Below are positions 1 to 13,341 of a stretch of DNA of 61,888 nt, piece after piece. Positions within the stretch are counted from its first letter, which is position 1. Each line of letters opens with the position of its first letter. Both the position numbers and the translations under genes were made by a program. The notes under the pieces were generated by a model. That model made no database searches. It saw only the letters and a list, made by a program, of their open reading frames with translations, and was not told the DNA's origin. The DNA is from Malacoraja senta (lineage: Eukaryota): the NCBI GenBank assembly GCA_038087875.1, contig JAXLNO010004393.1:1-61888 (forward strand), written 5' to 3'.

Positions 1-1009
1 GGTCGAAAGGCCCCTTTCCGTGTTGTATCTGAGGTAATGTAATGGTAGTTGCCTGAGCTACAGGGGAGAGATCGGGTAAGCTCAGACTTTATTCCTTGGA
101 GCGCAGGAGGCTGAGGGGTGATCTTATAGAGGTGTATAAAAAGTGAGGGGAATAGGGTGAATACACACTGCTTAATTCCCAGGATAGAGGAATTAAGAAC
201 CAGAGTAATAATTGGAGCCTTCGCAACTGATCCACGGTTATCGATAGTGAGGGCAGCTATTGGATGGGAGGGAAAAATGCCAGATCTTATTGTGGGGGAA
301 GGTGACTTGGAGGGTTATTAAAGCTTTGCAGCAATTGGAAAGAGAATTTTATTGTCAAGAATGAGAGTTTTTTCTTTAATTTCAATAGGTCTTGTGTTAC
401 CTAAAGTTAATAAGGAAAGGGAAAACATGAGCGGAGATTGATCCTTTTTGAAATGGGGAGGATGAAGAGCTGGAAGCTCAAGCTGGGGATCAGCTAAGGT
501 GAAGAGGATGTGAACTGTGATTCAGAAAGTGTCAGGCAATCACGTAAGTGTTTAAAATCTGTATGAAGCCAAAATAGTGGGTTACATTTTTTTCTAAGAG
601 ATGCAGCGTGGAAACAGGCCCTTCAACCCACCGAGTCTGGGCCGACCAGCGATCTTCATACACTGGATCTATGCTACAGATTAGGGACAATAGGACAATT
701 CATTGCCTCAGAAGGTTGCAGAGGCCAAGTCAATTGGGTATTTTTACTCTGAAGGAGTCTGAAGAAGGGTTTCGGCCCGAAACGTTACCTATTTCCTTCG
801 CTCCATAGATGCTGCTGCACCCGCTGAGTTTCTCCAGCATTTTTGTGTACCTTGGGTATTTTTTATGGCAGATAGAGTCTTGATTAGTACGGGTGTCTGG
901 GTTTATGGGGAGAACGCAGGAGAATGGGGTTGTAAGGGAAAGATAGATCAGCCTTGATTGAATGGTGGAGTAGACTTGATGGGCCAAATGGCTTAATTCT
1001 GTTACTATA

Positions 1010-1540
1010 GCTTATGAACATGAATTTACAGCAGCCAATTAAACTACAAACCTGCACATCTTTTAGAGTGTGGGAGGAAACCCACAAGACTGCTAAACAG
1101 CTTCCTGCCATATGCTGTGAGGCTGCTAAACAGCCACTCTGTACTCACAGTCACCTGATTCTGCGGCTTGGCAAGGACACTTCAATAACTGGCACTGGCC
1201 ACTCAAATCAGCTGCCCCGGACATGTTTATGATTGGTTTTACTGTATTTTAACGTTGTTTTTACTACTTTTTAACTATTTATACTGTTCCATCAGGGACT
1301 GGATTGTTTTTGTGTTATTATGTGTGAAAATTTTTAATTTCATGTGCGATGCTCCGGTATCCCCTGGGAAACGTCTTTTCATTTTGCACTGTACAACTGT
1401 TGCTTGCAAGATGACAATAAAGGTTGATTTGATTTGATTTGATTTGGTCACAGGGAGAACGTAAAATCTCCATACCAACATGAATTCGTAGTCAGGATCG
1501 AACCCGGGTCCCTGCGATGTGAGGCAGAGATTCTACTGAT
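1010..1540 (-). mobile_element. V-SINE remnant split by a LINE 3' tail (1090-1446)
   Basis: V-domain at 1060-1085 and B-box-like GGTTCGATCC region near 1495. The insert ends in (TTGAT)n. Confidence 0.5.
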
Positions 1541-3879
1541 CAAATTACATTTTAATTGGAAGAAATTAAATACTAAAAAAGTATTAAAATCCTTTTAATA
1601 CTGGATAACAGACCTACACTCTGCATGGATGGCTGGAAAGATGGAGCTGGACATCATCACTAGATGTGTAGGAGGCAACGCCCAAATCTGCAGGTTGCGT
1701 TACCAAGGAACAACATGTGTGAGAAATACAGAGCCAAGGATAATCCTGGGGGTTTCCTAGAACAAATCCCGTGGCTGAAGAAACTCAAAATACAACCTGA
1801 TAAATGTGGAACCAATTCCATCAGGTTGGATAATGGAGGGAAGACACTGGAGGAGATTACAATGACTTGTTCAGAGGCAGCAGGAAAATCAAAAGATAAC
1901 ATAGAAGGATACTGAACATCAATGCAGAAACTGGTTATATATAAAACCCGTGGCAAATATTCTCGATTGATGTTGTAAAGTCCAATAATATCTTTTTTTT
2001 TTAACGTTGTCCAACCTCATTTGTATTCATTGAAAATATATTTTACTTTAGCACTAAATTTCCCCTCCTGTTATTTGTCCCCTAATTAGGAAATTATAGG
2101 CATTTATTTCAAAAATGTCTCCAGAAGCAAGAGACCATGACAAAAGGGACATGGATCAGAATTTAAAGCATAGGGTGTTCTCAACTCTGATTTGAAATCA
2201 GCAGAAAAGTCACAAAGTATTTGTCTTTCTGGAGGCCAAGGAGCAAGTGTGACTTTAATTGGATGTGTGTTTATCAGGGAGTGGATATTGTCCTTGGGGA
2301 TTATATCAATGCCCTCCTGAAATGCTATACAGGAAAACAAAATGGCTCCTCAAAAGTGTTTTTATTGTCACGTGTTCACTCCACACTGAAATTCTATTTG
2401 CATCGCTCACACATGCATGAGTTGCCATATTTTGGCACCGTTTACACTAAAGTCCAGTCCACACACGTGCTCGATGTACTGGAGAGGCTCCCGATCCAGG
2501 TAAGCCCCAGGCTTACCTCCTCTGTCACCCTCGACTGGCTCGGCCCATGAACCGACGTCCTCTCCTCACCCGACTGTCTCTGTCCCGGGGATGCCTCCTG
2601 CAGCCGGCCTTGAAAGCGCTGGTGGCAATACACAGGTCCCTCTCCTCGTGTCCGTCGTCACCAGCGGCTCCCTCCTCCACGACTCTACTCGGGGCCGAGC
2701 TCGGGGACTTCCCAGCTTCCCCCCTGCAGGCCGTGCTGTGCCTTATGATGTTGGACTTGAGGCCACAACTGCATGCTTCTGCATTATGCATGTTCCATTT
2801 GTGCAATAACCAGCCACATTGTCCTTGGCTTGGACAAAGTCCCACGACATCTGACCACTGTCTGCAAGTGTGCCAGAGAATCTGTGAAATTCATTGCCAC
2901 AGACGGCTGTGGAGGCCGTCAATGGATATTTTAAAGAGGAGATTCATAGGTGCTTGATTAGTACCGGTGTCAGGGGTTATTGGGAGAAGGCAGGAGAAGG
3001 GGGTAGAGAGGGAAAGATAGATCAGCCATGACTGAAAGGCGGAGTAGACTTGATGGGCCGAATTCCGCTCCTACAACTAATGAACTTATTGCAAACAATG
3101 ACGAAGCCGAGTACAAGATGGAGATACAGGGCTTGGTAATTTACCCAGGGGGTACATTTTGCCAACCCAGGGAATAAATTTGTTGATTCTGGATTTGTAC
3201 ATAATTTTATCTCATTGACTGACTGTGTTTGGTTTTGGTTCATCATTAGTTGTTCACTAATAATTGAAATAACATTGTTATGTGCTATTAAAGTTGCCTG
3301 GGGTAAACAGGACAAAAAGGTTGGGAACCCATGCTCTAGTCTGTATCAATGGTGCTGAAGTGGAGATGCTCAAGATCTTCAAGTTTCCATGTGTAATTTG
3401 TCCTGATTCAACCGCATTGACACTACAGCCAAGAAAGCACTAATGCCTTTACTTCTTCAGAAGGCTAAGTAAAATGGCACATCTCCTATGACTCTTATAA
3501 ATTTCTATGAGAGAGAGCATTCTATCTGGACACATCAAAGCTTGATCACAGCACAGTTTATCACACAATCCAGCCTGCCATCCCTCCAACTCTCAAACAT
3601 GCTATTGTGAGTTCTAACACGGTAGACAATTACAAAGCAAAGATTTATGGATGTTCTCAAAGGGTCTTTGAAGCAACCCAACATTCCCATGCCACTGAGT
3701 CCTGGGAACCTCTGGCCAACGGCCTCTCCAAACGGAGAAGCAGCCGGGATGGTGTGCACAACCTTGGTCCCTTTGCCTGTGCAGATCACAAATGACAGCT
3801 GACAAACTACCCAACAACCCTACCCGGGGATCAGTTAGTGGCCTCATCAGCCACCTCAGAACCCACGGCACTGACGTGG

Positions 3880-4800
3880 ATCCCCCCCTCTCTACCCCTC
3901 CCACTGCTGCTTCCTCTCTCTAACCCCACTCCTTTAACATCTTAGCCCATATCTGTTCTTCTCCATCTACCCCTCTCAGTCCCTATCCCTTGCTCCACCC
4001 TCTCTGTCTCCTTCCACCCCCCTTTCCTCCTTCGGCCCTCTGCCTACCCCCTCCACCCTTTGCCCGGCAACTCCTTCCTCTCCTCTATCCCCCCACCAAC
4101 CTATTCCTCCTTTTCCATCCTTTCATCCTTCTCCTTCTATGCCCTCCGAGCTCCTTCTACCCCCTTCCCACCTCTTTCTGACTCCCCTCCTGCTATTCCC
4201 CTCCCAACCTTACTTCTCCCTCTCCCACTATCCCTTTTCCACCACCTTCCACACTTCCCAACCCCTTCCCACCCTCCCCCCATCCCTCCCCAGCACTCCT
4301 CCCTTCTTTCACCTTCCTTCTCCTAACCCCTCTCTCCCCCTCCCCTCCCATTCAACCCTACTCCCTCAACCATGTGTCCACTTACCCCTTCCTCTCACTC
4401 CTCACTCCTCACTCCCACTACGCCTTCCTGCCTCTACCTTCATTTCCCCCACCCTCTACCCCCTCTCCCCAACCCATTCTCCCTCCATCCACTCCCGTCT
4501 CCTTTCCCAGCCTCACTCCTCCTTCCCCTTCATTCTCCACCCTACCCTCTCCCTCTCCCATCCTCCCTCCCCCTCTCATCTCTCACCCTTCTCTCTCCCC
4601 CTCCCTCTCCCTTCATCCCCTCTCTTCTCTCTTACTCCCCCTCCCCCCTTCTCCTCCATCCCCCTCCGCCTACCTTCTCTCCTCCCCCTCTTACTCCCCA
4701 TCCAGACCCTCGCCAGTGATCACATTGACAACCCAGACGCAGTTCCGACCCTCCTCCTCTCCCGTCGCCACTCACTGCTTCATGTTCTCCCCCAGCGCCT
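3880..4800. repeat. C/T-rich low-complexity tract
   Basis: Nearly pure pyrimidine. Similar tracts at 16670-17070 and 19700-19950. Confidence 0.9.
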
Positions 4801-4803
4801 CCG

Positions 4804-5232
4804 CTGAGAGCATGGAGCGGCTGGGCTTGTACACTCTGGAGTTTAGAAGGATGAGAGGGTATCTTATTGAAACATATAAGATTATTAAGGGTTTGGACAC
4901 GATAGAGGCAGGGAACATGTTCCCGATGTTGGGGCCAGAACCAGGGGCCACAGTTTAAGAATAAGGGGTAAGATATTTAGAACGGAGATGAGGAAACACT
5001 TTATCACACAGAGAGTTATGAGTCTGTGGAATTCGCTGCCGGTGGGCGGTGGAGGCCGGTTCTCTGGATACTTTCAAGAGAGAGCTAGATAGGGTTCTTA
5101 AAGAAAGCGGAGTCAGGGGATATGGGGAGAAGGCAGGAATGGGGTACTGATTTGGGATGATCAGCCATGATCACATTGAATGGCCGAATGGCCTACTCCT
5201 GCACCTATTGTCTATTGTCTAATGTCTATTGT
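4804..5232 (+). mobile_element. CR1 LINE 3' end
   Basis: LGLYTLEFRRMRG motif and (CTATTGT)n tail. Confidence 0.85.
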
Positions 5233-6184
5233 CTATTGATTGTGGCCCAGGCTGCTGCTTCAGTCTTAAACCTGATTCACTGAGCAGCCTTGGTTCTCAT
5301 CAGCAAACATCAGCTCAAACACGTTTTACAGGGATTCTGCCCACGGCTTTTTGTAATGTTTTAAAGGCAGCTCGTGCAACTTTTTAGTTTGTCCTTAGTT
5401 TATTGCTTTGATGCTGCCAATGCCCATCTACCCAATCACTTTAACTACAGTCATCAGGGTGGATCTCTATGATCAGCTTGAGCAAACACAGAATAAGTTG
5501 CTGGTGGGAGTCTCTCAGCTCCATCAGAACCTAAAATGCAGGTGTACGTACGTCTGGACAGCTCGGTCCCATTACTTAATCAGTGTAATCATGATCAGTG
5601 ACAATCACCAGCACTTTGAACCCATTTCTAAACGTGGCAAATTTACTGAAATGTGGAGAGGGTCTTCATTGCCCATTGGTTTTGATTCTTTCAGCCCCAT
5701 TTCGTGGGGTAAACATGAACCTGTTGGTACAAAACACAGCATCAGAATTATTTTTTCATATGTAAAGCAGTGTGTTTATTCTTTGTAGTAACAGCTCTGC
5801 TGGGAGGGCCCCCCTGCTCAATTAAACCTGCCTGTGCAACCTGAGAGGAAGTGTAAGTAGAAGGACTGGGTCTGAATGTTATCAGAGTTTCAGACATCTG
5901 GCAGTTATTAATAACAAATGGTTGCTGCGATTCAAGTAAATCAATGTCTGTCTTTGATACCTCATGAAGTTTTCATCCAAGTTAATGCAAATGTTAATGT
6001 AATGAAATGTAATGCAAGTTAATGTAATGGAAGTGGATCTCCCTCCTCTTAAAGCCCAGAGAAACATGTGGCCCAGGGGTGGTATTGTGAGGTGTTGATT
6101 TGTTCAATGTGTTTATTTGGTTTCTGCAGGTTCAATTTGTCTGCCATTAGCAATCATGATATTGTGTTATAGAATATAATAAAA

Positions 6185-6965
6185 ATGATCTGCAGATGCT
6201 GGTTTGTACCAAAGATCGACACAAAAATGCTGGAGTAGCTCAACAGGTCAGGCAGCATTTCTGGGGAAAATGGGTAGGGGACGTTTCAGCTTGGGACCCT
6301 TCTTCAGTCTGAGGAGAGAGGCGAGAGGGATTGCAAGGGTTACTTGATGTTGGAGAAATCATATTCATACCGCTGGATTGTAAGCTGCCCAAGCAAAATA
6401 TGAGGTGCTAGTTCTGCAATGTGCATGCGGCCTAAGCCTGACAGTGGAGGAGGGACAGGACGGAAAGGTCAGTGTGGGAATGGGAAGAGGAGTTAACATC
6501 TTTGGAAATGGTAGGTCTCGTAGGCCAAGGCAGACTGAGCCTAGGTGTGTCAGCAAAATGATCGCCCAGTCTGTGCTTAGTCTCGCCGATACATTGGAGG
6601 TTGGGGGAGGTGCGTGAACCTCTGCCTCACCTAAGAGGACTGTCGGGTCCAATGCAATCCCTATCACTCCCTCCACAACCCGAGACAACTTGCTAGTTTC
6701 ATGGTTCGTATCCCTTCGTTATCACTTCATCCACAGCCAACAATGGGACCATTGTGGGCTCTACCTTTCCCGAGTCATCAATGATGGCTCTCATTTGTTC
6801 TGTACCTTTTTGTACCCGTAGTTTCCCTTTCCCCTGACTCAGTCTGAAGAAGGGTCTTGACCCGAAATGTCATCTATTCCTTTTCTCCAGAGATGCTATC
6901 AGACCCGCTGTGTTACTCCAGCATTTTGTGCCTATTTCGGTGTAAACTAGCATCTGCAATTCCTA
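6185..6965. mobile_element. Penelope-like element remnant with inverted pLTR arms
   Basis: Minus pLTR 6185-6312, minus-strand GIY-YIG C-terminal remnant (HLIFCLGSLQSSGMN) near 6345-6425, plus pLTR 6840-6965. Confidence 0.7.
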
Positions 6966-7501
6966 TCAATACTCCCCCTCACCTCTATCCACCTATCGCT
7001 TGCCAGGTTTTGTTCTCTCCCCCCCCCCCCCCCCACCACCACCACAATCAATGAAGAAGAATCCCAACCTGAAACATCACGACCATGTTCTCCAGAGAAG
7101 CTGCCTGACCCATTGTTACTCCAGCACTTTATTTTTTTAGCGCGGCCTTTAGTATTTTTAGTTTGAAGTAACAAAAGAAAAGTCATTGGTATTGAAAATA
7201 CCTTTAGATTTAAAATCCTGTCGGAAAAGTAACTTTCTCATTGCGAGTCTGAAACACTCTAGCCCAAAGCAGCCTCCTTTCCCCCATTGGTATCATTGTC
7301 TTTACAAAGTGATTTTGTACAACATGAAGCTTCTTCAGAACACAGTTATCATATTGGAGCAGATTATTTGTAAAGGGTCCTGAACACTTTCCCATCAGCA
7401 CTACATAGCAGATGCAGCACAGATCAGTACAGAGGAGAGTTTCTGCCATATTATAACAAGATCTTTCCTCGTCCCAGCACACTGATGCAATTATAGGTCC
7501 T

Positions 7502-8560
7502 TTTTCAGAATGGCAGGCAGTGGCGAGTGGAGTGCCGCAAGACTTGGTGTTGGGGCCGCAACTGTTTACCACATATATTAATGATTTGGAAGAGGGAATT
7601 AGGAGCAACACTGGCACGTTTGCGGATGACACAAAGCTGGGTGGCAGTGTGAACTGTGAAGAGGATGTTAGGAGGTTGCAGAGTGACCTGGACAGGTTGA
7701 GTGAGTGGGCAGATGCGTGGCAGATGCAGTATAATATAGATAAATGTGAGGTTATCCACTTTGGTGGCAAAAACAAGGGGGCAGATTGTTATCTCAATGG
7801 GGTTAGGTTCGGTAAGGGGGAGGTACAGCGAGACCTGGGTGTCCTTGTACACCGGTCACTGAAGATTGGCGTGCAGGTACAGCAGGCAGTGAAGAAAGTT
7901 AATGGAATGTTGGCCTTCATAACAAGAGGATTTCAGTATAGGAGTAGAGAGGTTCTTCTGCAGTTGTATAGGGCTCTGTTAAGGCCACATCTGGAGTATT
8001 GCGTACAGTTTTGGTCTCCTAATTTGAGGAAGGACATCCTTGTGATTGAGGCAGTGCAGCGTAGGTTCACAAGATTGATCCCTGGGATGGCGGGGACTGT
8101 CATATGAGGAAAGATTAAAAAGACTAGGCTTGTATTCACTGGAGTTTAGAAGGATGAGGGGGATCTTATAGAAACAAAAAAATTATAAAAGAACTGGACA
8201 AGCTAGATGCAGGAAAAATGTCCCTATGTTGGGCGAGTCCAGAACCAGGTTTCACAGTCTTAGAATAAAGGGGAGGCCATTTAAGACTGAGGTGAGAAAA
8301 ACCTTTTCACCCAGAGAGTTGTGAACTTGTGGAATTTCCTGCCACAGAGGGCAGTGGAGGCCAAATCAGTGGCTGGATTTAAGAGAGAGTTAGATAGAGC
8401 TCTAGGGGCTAGTGGAATCAAGGGATATGGGGAGAAGGCAGGCACGGGTTATTGATTGGGGACGATCAGCCATGATCGCAATGAATGGCGGTGCTGGCTC
8501 GAAGGGCCGAGTGGCCTCCTCCTGCACCTATTTTCTGATGTTCTATGTTTCTATATTTCT
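7502..8560 (+). mobile_element. CR1 LINE RT 3' fragment
   Basis: [28 protein letters not shown] motifs and the 3' tail. Confidence 0.9.
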
Positions 8561-8561
8561 A

Positions 8562-9250
8562 TAAAGAAGGCACATCAACGCCTCTACTTCCTGAGATGAT
8601 TACGGAGAATTGGTATGTCAAGGAGGACCCTCAAACTTCTACAGGTGCACAGTAGAGAGAATACTGACTGGCTGCATTGTGGCTTCGTTCGGCAACTTGA
8701 AAGTCCAGGAGTGGAAAGAATGCAGAAAGTTGTGACCACTGCCCAGTCCATCATCGGCTCTGACCTCCCCACCATCGAAGGGATCTATCGCAGTCACTGC
8801 CTCAAAAAGGCTGCCAACATCATCAAAGACCCACACCATCCTGGCCACACACTCATCTCTCCGTTGCCATCGGGAAGGAAGGTACAGGAGCTTGAAATCT
8901 GGAACATCCAGCTTCAGGAACAGCTTCCTCCTCACAGCCATCAGGCGATTAAACATGCCATCAAACAAACTCTGAACAATAACAGCCTATTGCACTTTAT
9001 CTGTTTATTTATGTGTATAGATATATGGTCTATGGTATATAGACACCATAGACGAGGTTAACGAACAAAGCCACGATGCAACCAGTCAGTATGCTCTCTA
9101 CTGTGTACCTGTAGAAGTTCAAGAGAGTCCTCCTTGACAAACCGACTCTCCGTAATCTTCTCAGGAAGTAGAGGCGCTGATGTGCCTTCTTTATGATGGC
9201 ATCAGTGTGCTGGGACCAGGAAAGATCTTCGGAAATATGCACGCCAGCTG
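8562..9250. mobile_element. Two Rex1/Babar-like LINE fragments in inverted orientation (8562-9050 +, 9055-9250 -)
   Basis: KAHQRLYFLRRL...FYRCTVESILTGCI motif. Confidence 0.75.
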
Positions 9251-10125
9251 ACAGACAGTGATTCCATAAGGAAATGACCAATTGCATTGGGCTCAAGAGC
9301 AAAGCAGGAAGGTTTGCTTTGTGTTGAGAGACCGGTAGGTTTGGATTAATCCTGAGCTTGAATTTAAACCAATGCTCTTAACGTGCCTCAGTTGATGGGA
9401 AACGCTGGGATACAAAGGGGGTGGGCTTTATGCTAGTGTATAATAGAGCTCCACATCTGGAGCTCTGGGTGTGATTCTGGGCAGCACCGCTCAGGAAGGA
9501 TAGACAATAGACAATAGGTGCAGGAGTAGACCATTCGGCCCTTCGAGCCAACACTGCCATTCGCTGTGATCATGGCTGATCATCCACAATCAGTATCCCG
9601 TTCCTGCCTTCTCCCCATATCCCCTGACTCCACTATCTTTAAGAGCCCTATCTAGCTCTCTCTTGAAAGTCTCCAGAGAACCGGCCTCCACCACCCTCTG
9701 AGGCAGAGAATTCCACAGACTCACAACTCTCTGGGTGAAAAAGTGTTCCCTCATCCCGTTCTAAATGCCTTACCCATTATTCTTAAACTGTGGCCCCTGG
9801 TTCTGGACTCCCCCAACATCAGGAACATATTTCCTGCCTCTAGCGTGTCCAAACCCTTAATAATCTTATATGTTTCAATAAGACCCTCTCTCATCCTTCT
9901 AAATTCCAGATTTTACTTCAGAGTCACGTGAGTGACTACGTGAAGAGCCCGCCCAGCACGCATGCGTGACATTAGCGTTCACGCAGTGCAACAGCGACGA
10001 CCGGGAGTACAGGCGCTCCCGCTACACGTCGGTGGAAAATAAACAGCGGACCATCAGGTAAGTCTTACTCTGAGGTCGTAATCAGCAAGCTGTGCTCTGC
10101 TCTGTATTCCAGGGGATCTGGAAAA

Positions 10126-11212
10126 ATGAGTAGCACGGCAAAGGAGAAAACCGCCCCCCGTTCGACTCCAACAGAACGGGAGTGTCCCATCAGTGGGGGG
10201 CGAGAGGCGGCACCTGGACCGCATATGCTGCGGCACACCCTCATCGAGACCGAGCCGAGCCCAGTACCGCTAGCGCAGCCTGAGGAGCGGCAGCGGGCTG
10301 GAGGAAAAGCAAGACAAAAAAACAAAAAAACAGACCGGCCGGTTATGTCTGACTCCGATGAGGAGGGTCTGCCTGAGAGCGGCAGAGCTAGCCGCCTGAG
10401 CCGAATGGAAAGGCTCATGGAGCAACCGCTCCAGCGAGACTTGCTTCGGGAGCTGGAGCAGTCTCGCACAGGGGGATCAGGCACTCCCACAGCAGTGCGT
10501 TATAATGCACTGGCCATTGCTTCCCCCTCAGATGAGGGCAGCATTGGCGACCAGGGCTGGGCTGGTCACGATCAGGGATCATTGGCTGAAGATGTCGGGA
10601 GTACGCTTGGGGTACAGGATCAGGAAGAGCTGCTGGGTGTGGTGAATCGCTACGTGGTTACACCACGAGCAGGGCGGCCATTCGAGCCAAAACTGGCGGC
10701 CAGCATCAACCACCTGTCCCTCAAACCCCTACAAGACAGGTACTTAATGAGGCACGAGAGCTGGAAAACTGCAGTTCGCTCAATGTACCGGCTGTTAACA
10801 GCCAAATCTGGGGGGGGCATGTGGGACAGAGTATCCGGAACCAGGAGCTAAAATCCTCAAGCTCCTGACGACAGGGATAACAGCCTATGCTCGTTCCGTG
10901 GATGGGGTGGATATGACCACAAACCAGCAAGACACTCTGGCTCTGCTGTGCAACACCCAATATGAGATAAACAACCTCCGCAAGGAGCGAATAAGACCTG
11001 CCCTCAATCCCAGGTTTGCAGGACTGTGTAAAACACCGGCCTCAGAGCCGCAGATCCTGTTATTTGGAAGGGCAAAGGAAAGACCTGGAGGAGAGTCCAA
11101 AGCATTTGGGCTCATGAGGGCAGGCCTCGGAACGAGCAGACCCACACAAAAAAAACAGACGGCAGTACCCCACCGCGTCCACCAGTCGAGGTCAAATTTA
11201 TGGAACTGGTGA
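10126..11212 (+). pseudogene. DIRS ORF1 (gag-like), interrupted
   Basis: Two ORF pieces in the ORF1 position. Assigned by position only. Confidence 0.55.
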
Positions 11213-11281
11213 AAGCTCGGGGTCCGCATATTATCCCCGAAAGCCTTTTTAGGCCAGGGCCCAGAGCGGATCCCATGGAAA

Positions 11282-13270
11282 ATGCGCCACCCCCAATCAG
11301 CGGTACATCCAGCAGTACTACGACGGATGAACAAACGGAAGAAGGAACACTACCATAACTATGGAGGTAGGTGGGTATGGTTCCTACCAGCATGTAAAAA
11401 TGGGGGAACTGTACTGACAGGGGGGAGATTACACCTGTTCATTGAAGCATGGAGGTGTCTCACGAATGATAGTTATATACTTAACAGTATTCGGGGATAC
11501 AAAATAGTTCATTCAAGAAATCATGCCACCAGTTCAGCACGTACCCCAAAGGGTCTTTACCATCTCAGTCAAAGAGAACTAGAGGCTCAAGCAGAACTGG
11601 TGAGGTTACTTACAAAGGCTGTCATTGAGAAATCCAAACATGAACCTTTGGAATTTGTCTCAAATATATTTACCAAAAGCAAAAAAGATGGTGGATGTCG
11701 CATCATCATTGACTTAACCTCACTAAATACCTTTGTTAAGTATGTACATTTCAAAATGGAAACATTTGTAACTGCTAAACAACTGATTTCCAAAGGATAC
11801 TTTATGGCAAGCATTGATTTAAAAGATGCCTACTATTCAGTACCCATTCACAAGGGTCATCGCAGATACCTGAAATTTACCTGGATGGGGCAACTATGGC
11901 AGTATAAAGTGTTGCCTAATGGGTTGACATCAGCCCTAGACTATTTACCAAGATATTAAAACCAGCCTTGGCAACATTAACGAAACAAAGACATATTGTC
12001 ATGGCGTATCTTGATGATATCCTAATAGTAGGCAAAACCATGGAGTTGGCTAAATCAGCTGTATCAGCTACCAAACAATTGTTTGAAACCCTGGGTTTTG
12101 TCATACATCCAGATAAATCTAAGTTGACGCCATCCACAACTATGGACTATCTGGGATTCACAATTAACTCAATCCACATATCTATAACGTTGCCAAAAGG
12201 TAAAGCAGCAGAATTGGCACAGACGTGCAACAATTTAATGGTAAGCAATCGACCAACCATCCGACAAGTGGCAAGAGTAATTGGCAAAATGGTAGCAGCA
12301 TTTTCAGCTACACAATTTGGACTCCTGCACTATCAACACCTATAAAGGGCAAAAGTACAGGCGTTGAAACGACATGCAGGTCACTTTGACCGAACCATGA
12401 AAGTACCCATTGAAGCAATATCAGAGTTACAATGGTGGATATAACACATTTGGCATAGTTCCAGCCCTATCATCATCAATAACCCAACGTTAACTATACA
12501 AACAGATGCCAGTGCTCAAGGGTGGGGAGCAACTAATACCATATCCAGCACAGGTGGTAGATGGACTAACCTAGACTCATCTTTACTACAAACACTGGGC
12601 ATAAATTATTTGGAAATGTTGTGTGCGTTTTATGGTTTTAAAGCATATTCTAGGAATATGCACAACTTGCATGTTCATTTACAAATTGATAATATCACGG
12701 TGGTGGCCTATATTAACCATATGGGCGGAATAAAATCGATATCATGTGACAATTGGGTCAACACAATCTGGTAATGGTGGGTCGATAGACATATTTGGCT
12801 ATCAGCAACTTACCTACCAGGTAAGCTAAATACAGTGCCAGGTCACGCAAATTCAATGATAAACACCGAATGGATGTTAAATCCTAGAGCTTTTGCTAAA
12901 ATTACAAACCAATATGGCACACCAGATATCGATCTCTTTGCATCCAGACTAAATCACCACGTACCAATGTATGTCCCTTAGGAACCACACCCTGAGGCAG
13001 CAGCGATAGATGCATTCGCGCTGAACTGGGGGACCTATTTCTTCTATGCTTTTCCCCCCTTCTGCCTTAATCTGTAGGGTACTACGCAAAATACAGATGG
13101 ACTCTGCATCAGGTATTTTGATAGTACCAACTGGCCTACACAGCCATCGTTCCCAGTGGTCCTCGACATGGTCATCGAAACTCCTATGACCTTTCCCAGT
13201 AGCCCAGACCTATTGACGCACCCTGTATCAGGCATAAGTCATCCATGCCATGACAAAATTAACCTACTGG
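11282..13270 (+). pseudogene. DIRS RT-RNase H-methyltransferase-like ORF, interrupted
   Basis: IDLKDAYYSVPI, LPNGLTS, AYLDDILI (RT). QTDASAQGWG, DNITVVAYINHMGG (RNase H). DIDLFAS, YAFPPF (MT-like). Several stops and frameshifts. Confidence 0.9.
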
Positions 13271-13341
13271 GTTGCAGATTATCAAAAGACCACTGCTGGG
13301 ACTGGGATTGTCTGACAGGACCATCAACATGATGACACCGT

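Noticed and set aside
1600-2350. Possible old L1-like ORF2 remnant
   Set aside because: Only faint motifs (such as LSFW) in broken frames; cannot be supported without a search.
4060-4958. Long Pro/Ser/Leu-rich ORFs (also 16541-17218, 19212-20019 and 34941-35409)
   Set aside because: Products of low-complexity tracts, minisatellites or the N gap.
5985-5992. Octamer ATGCAAAT
   Set aside because: 24 kb from the V gene, inside an AATGT-type simple repeat.
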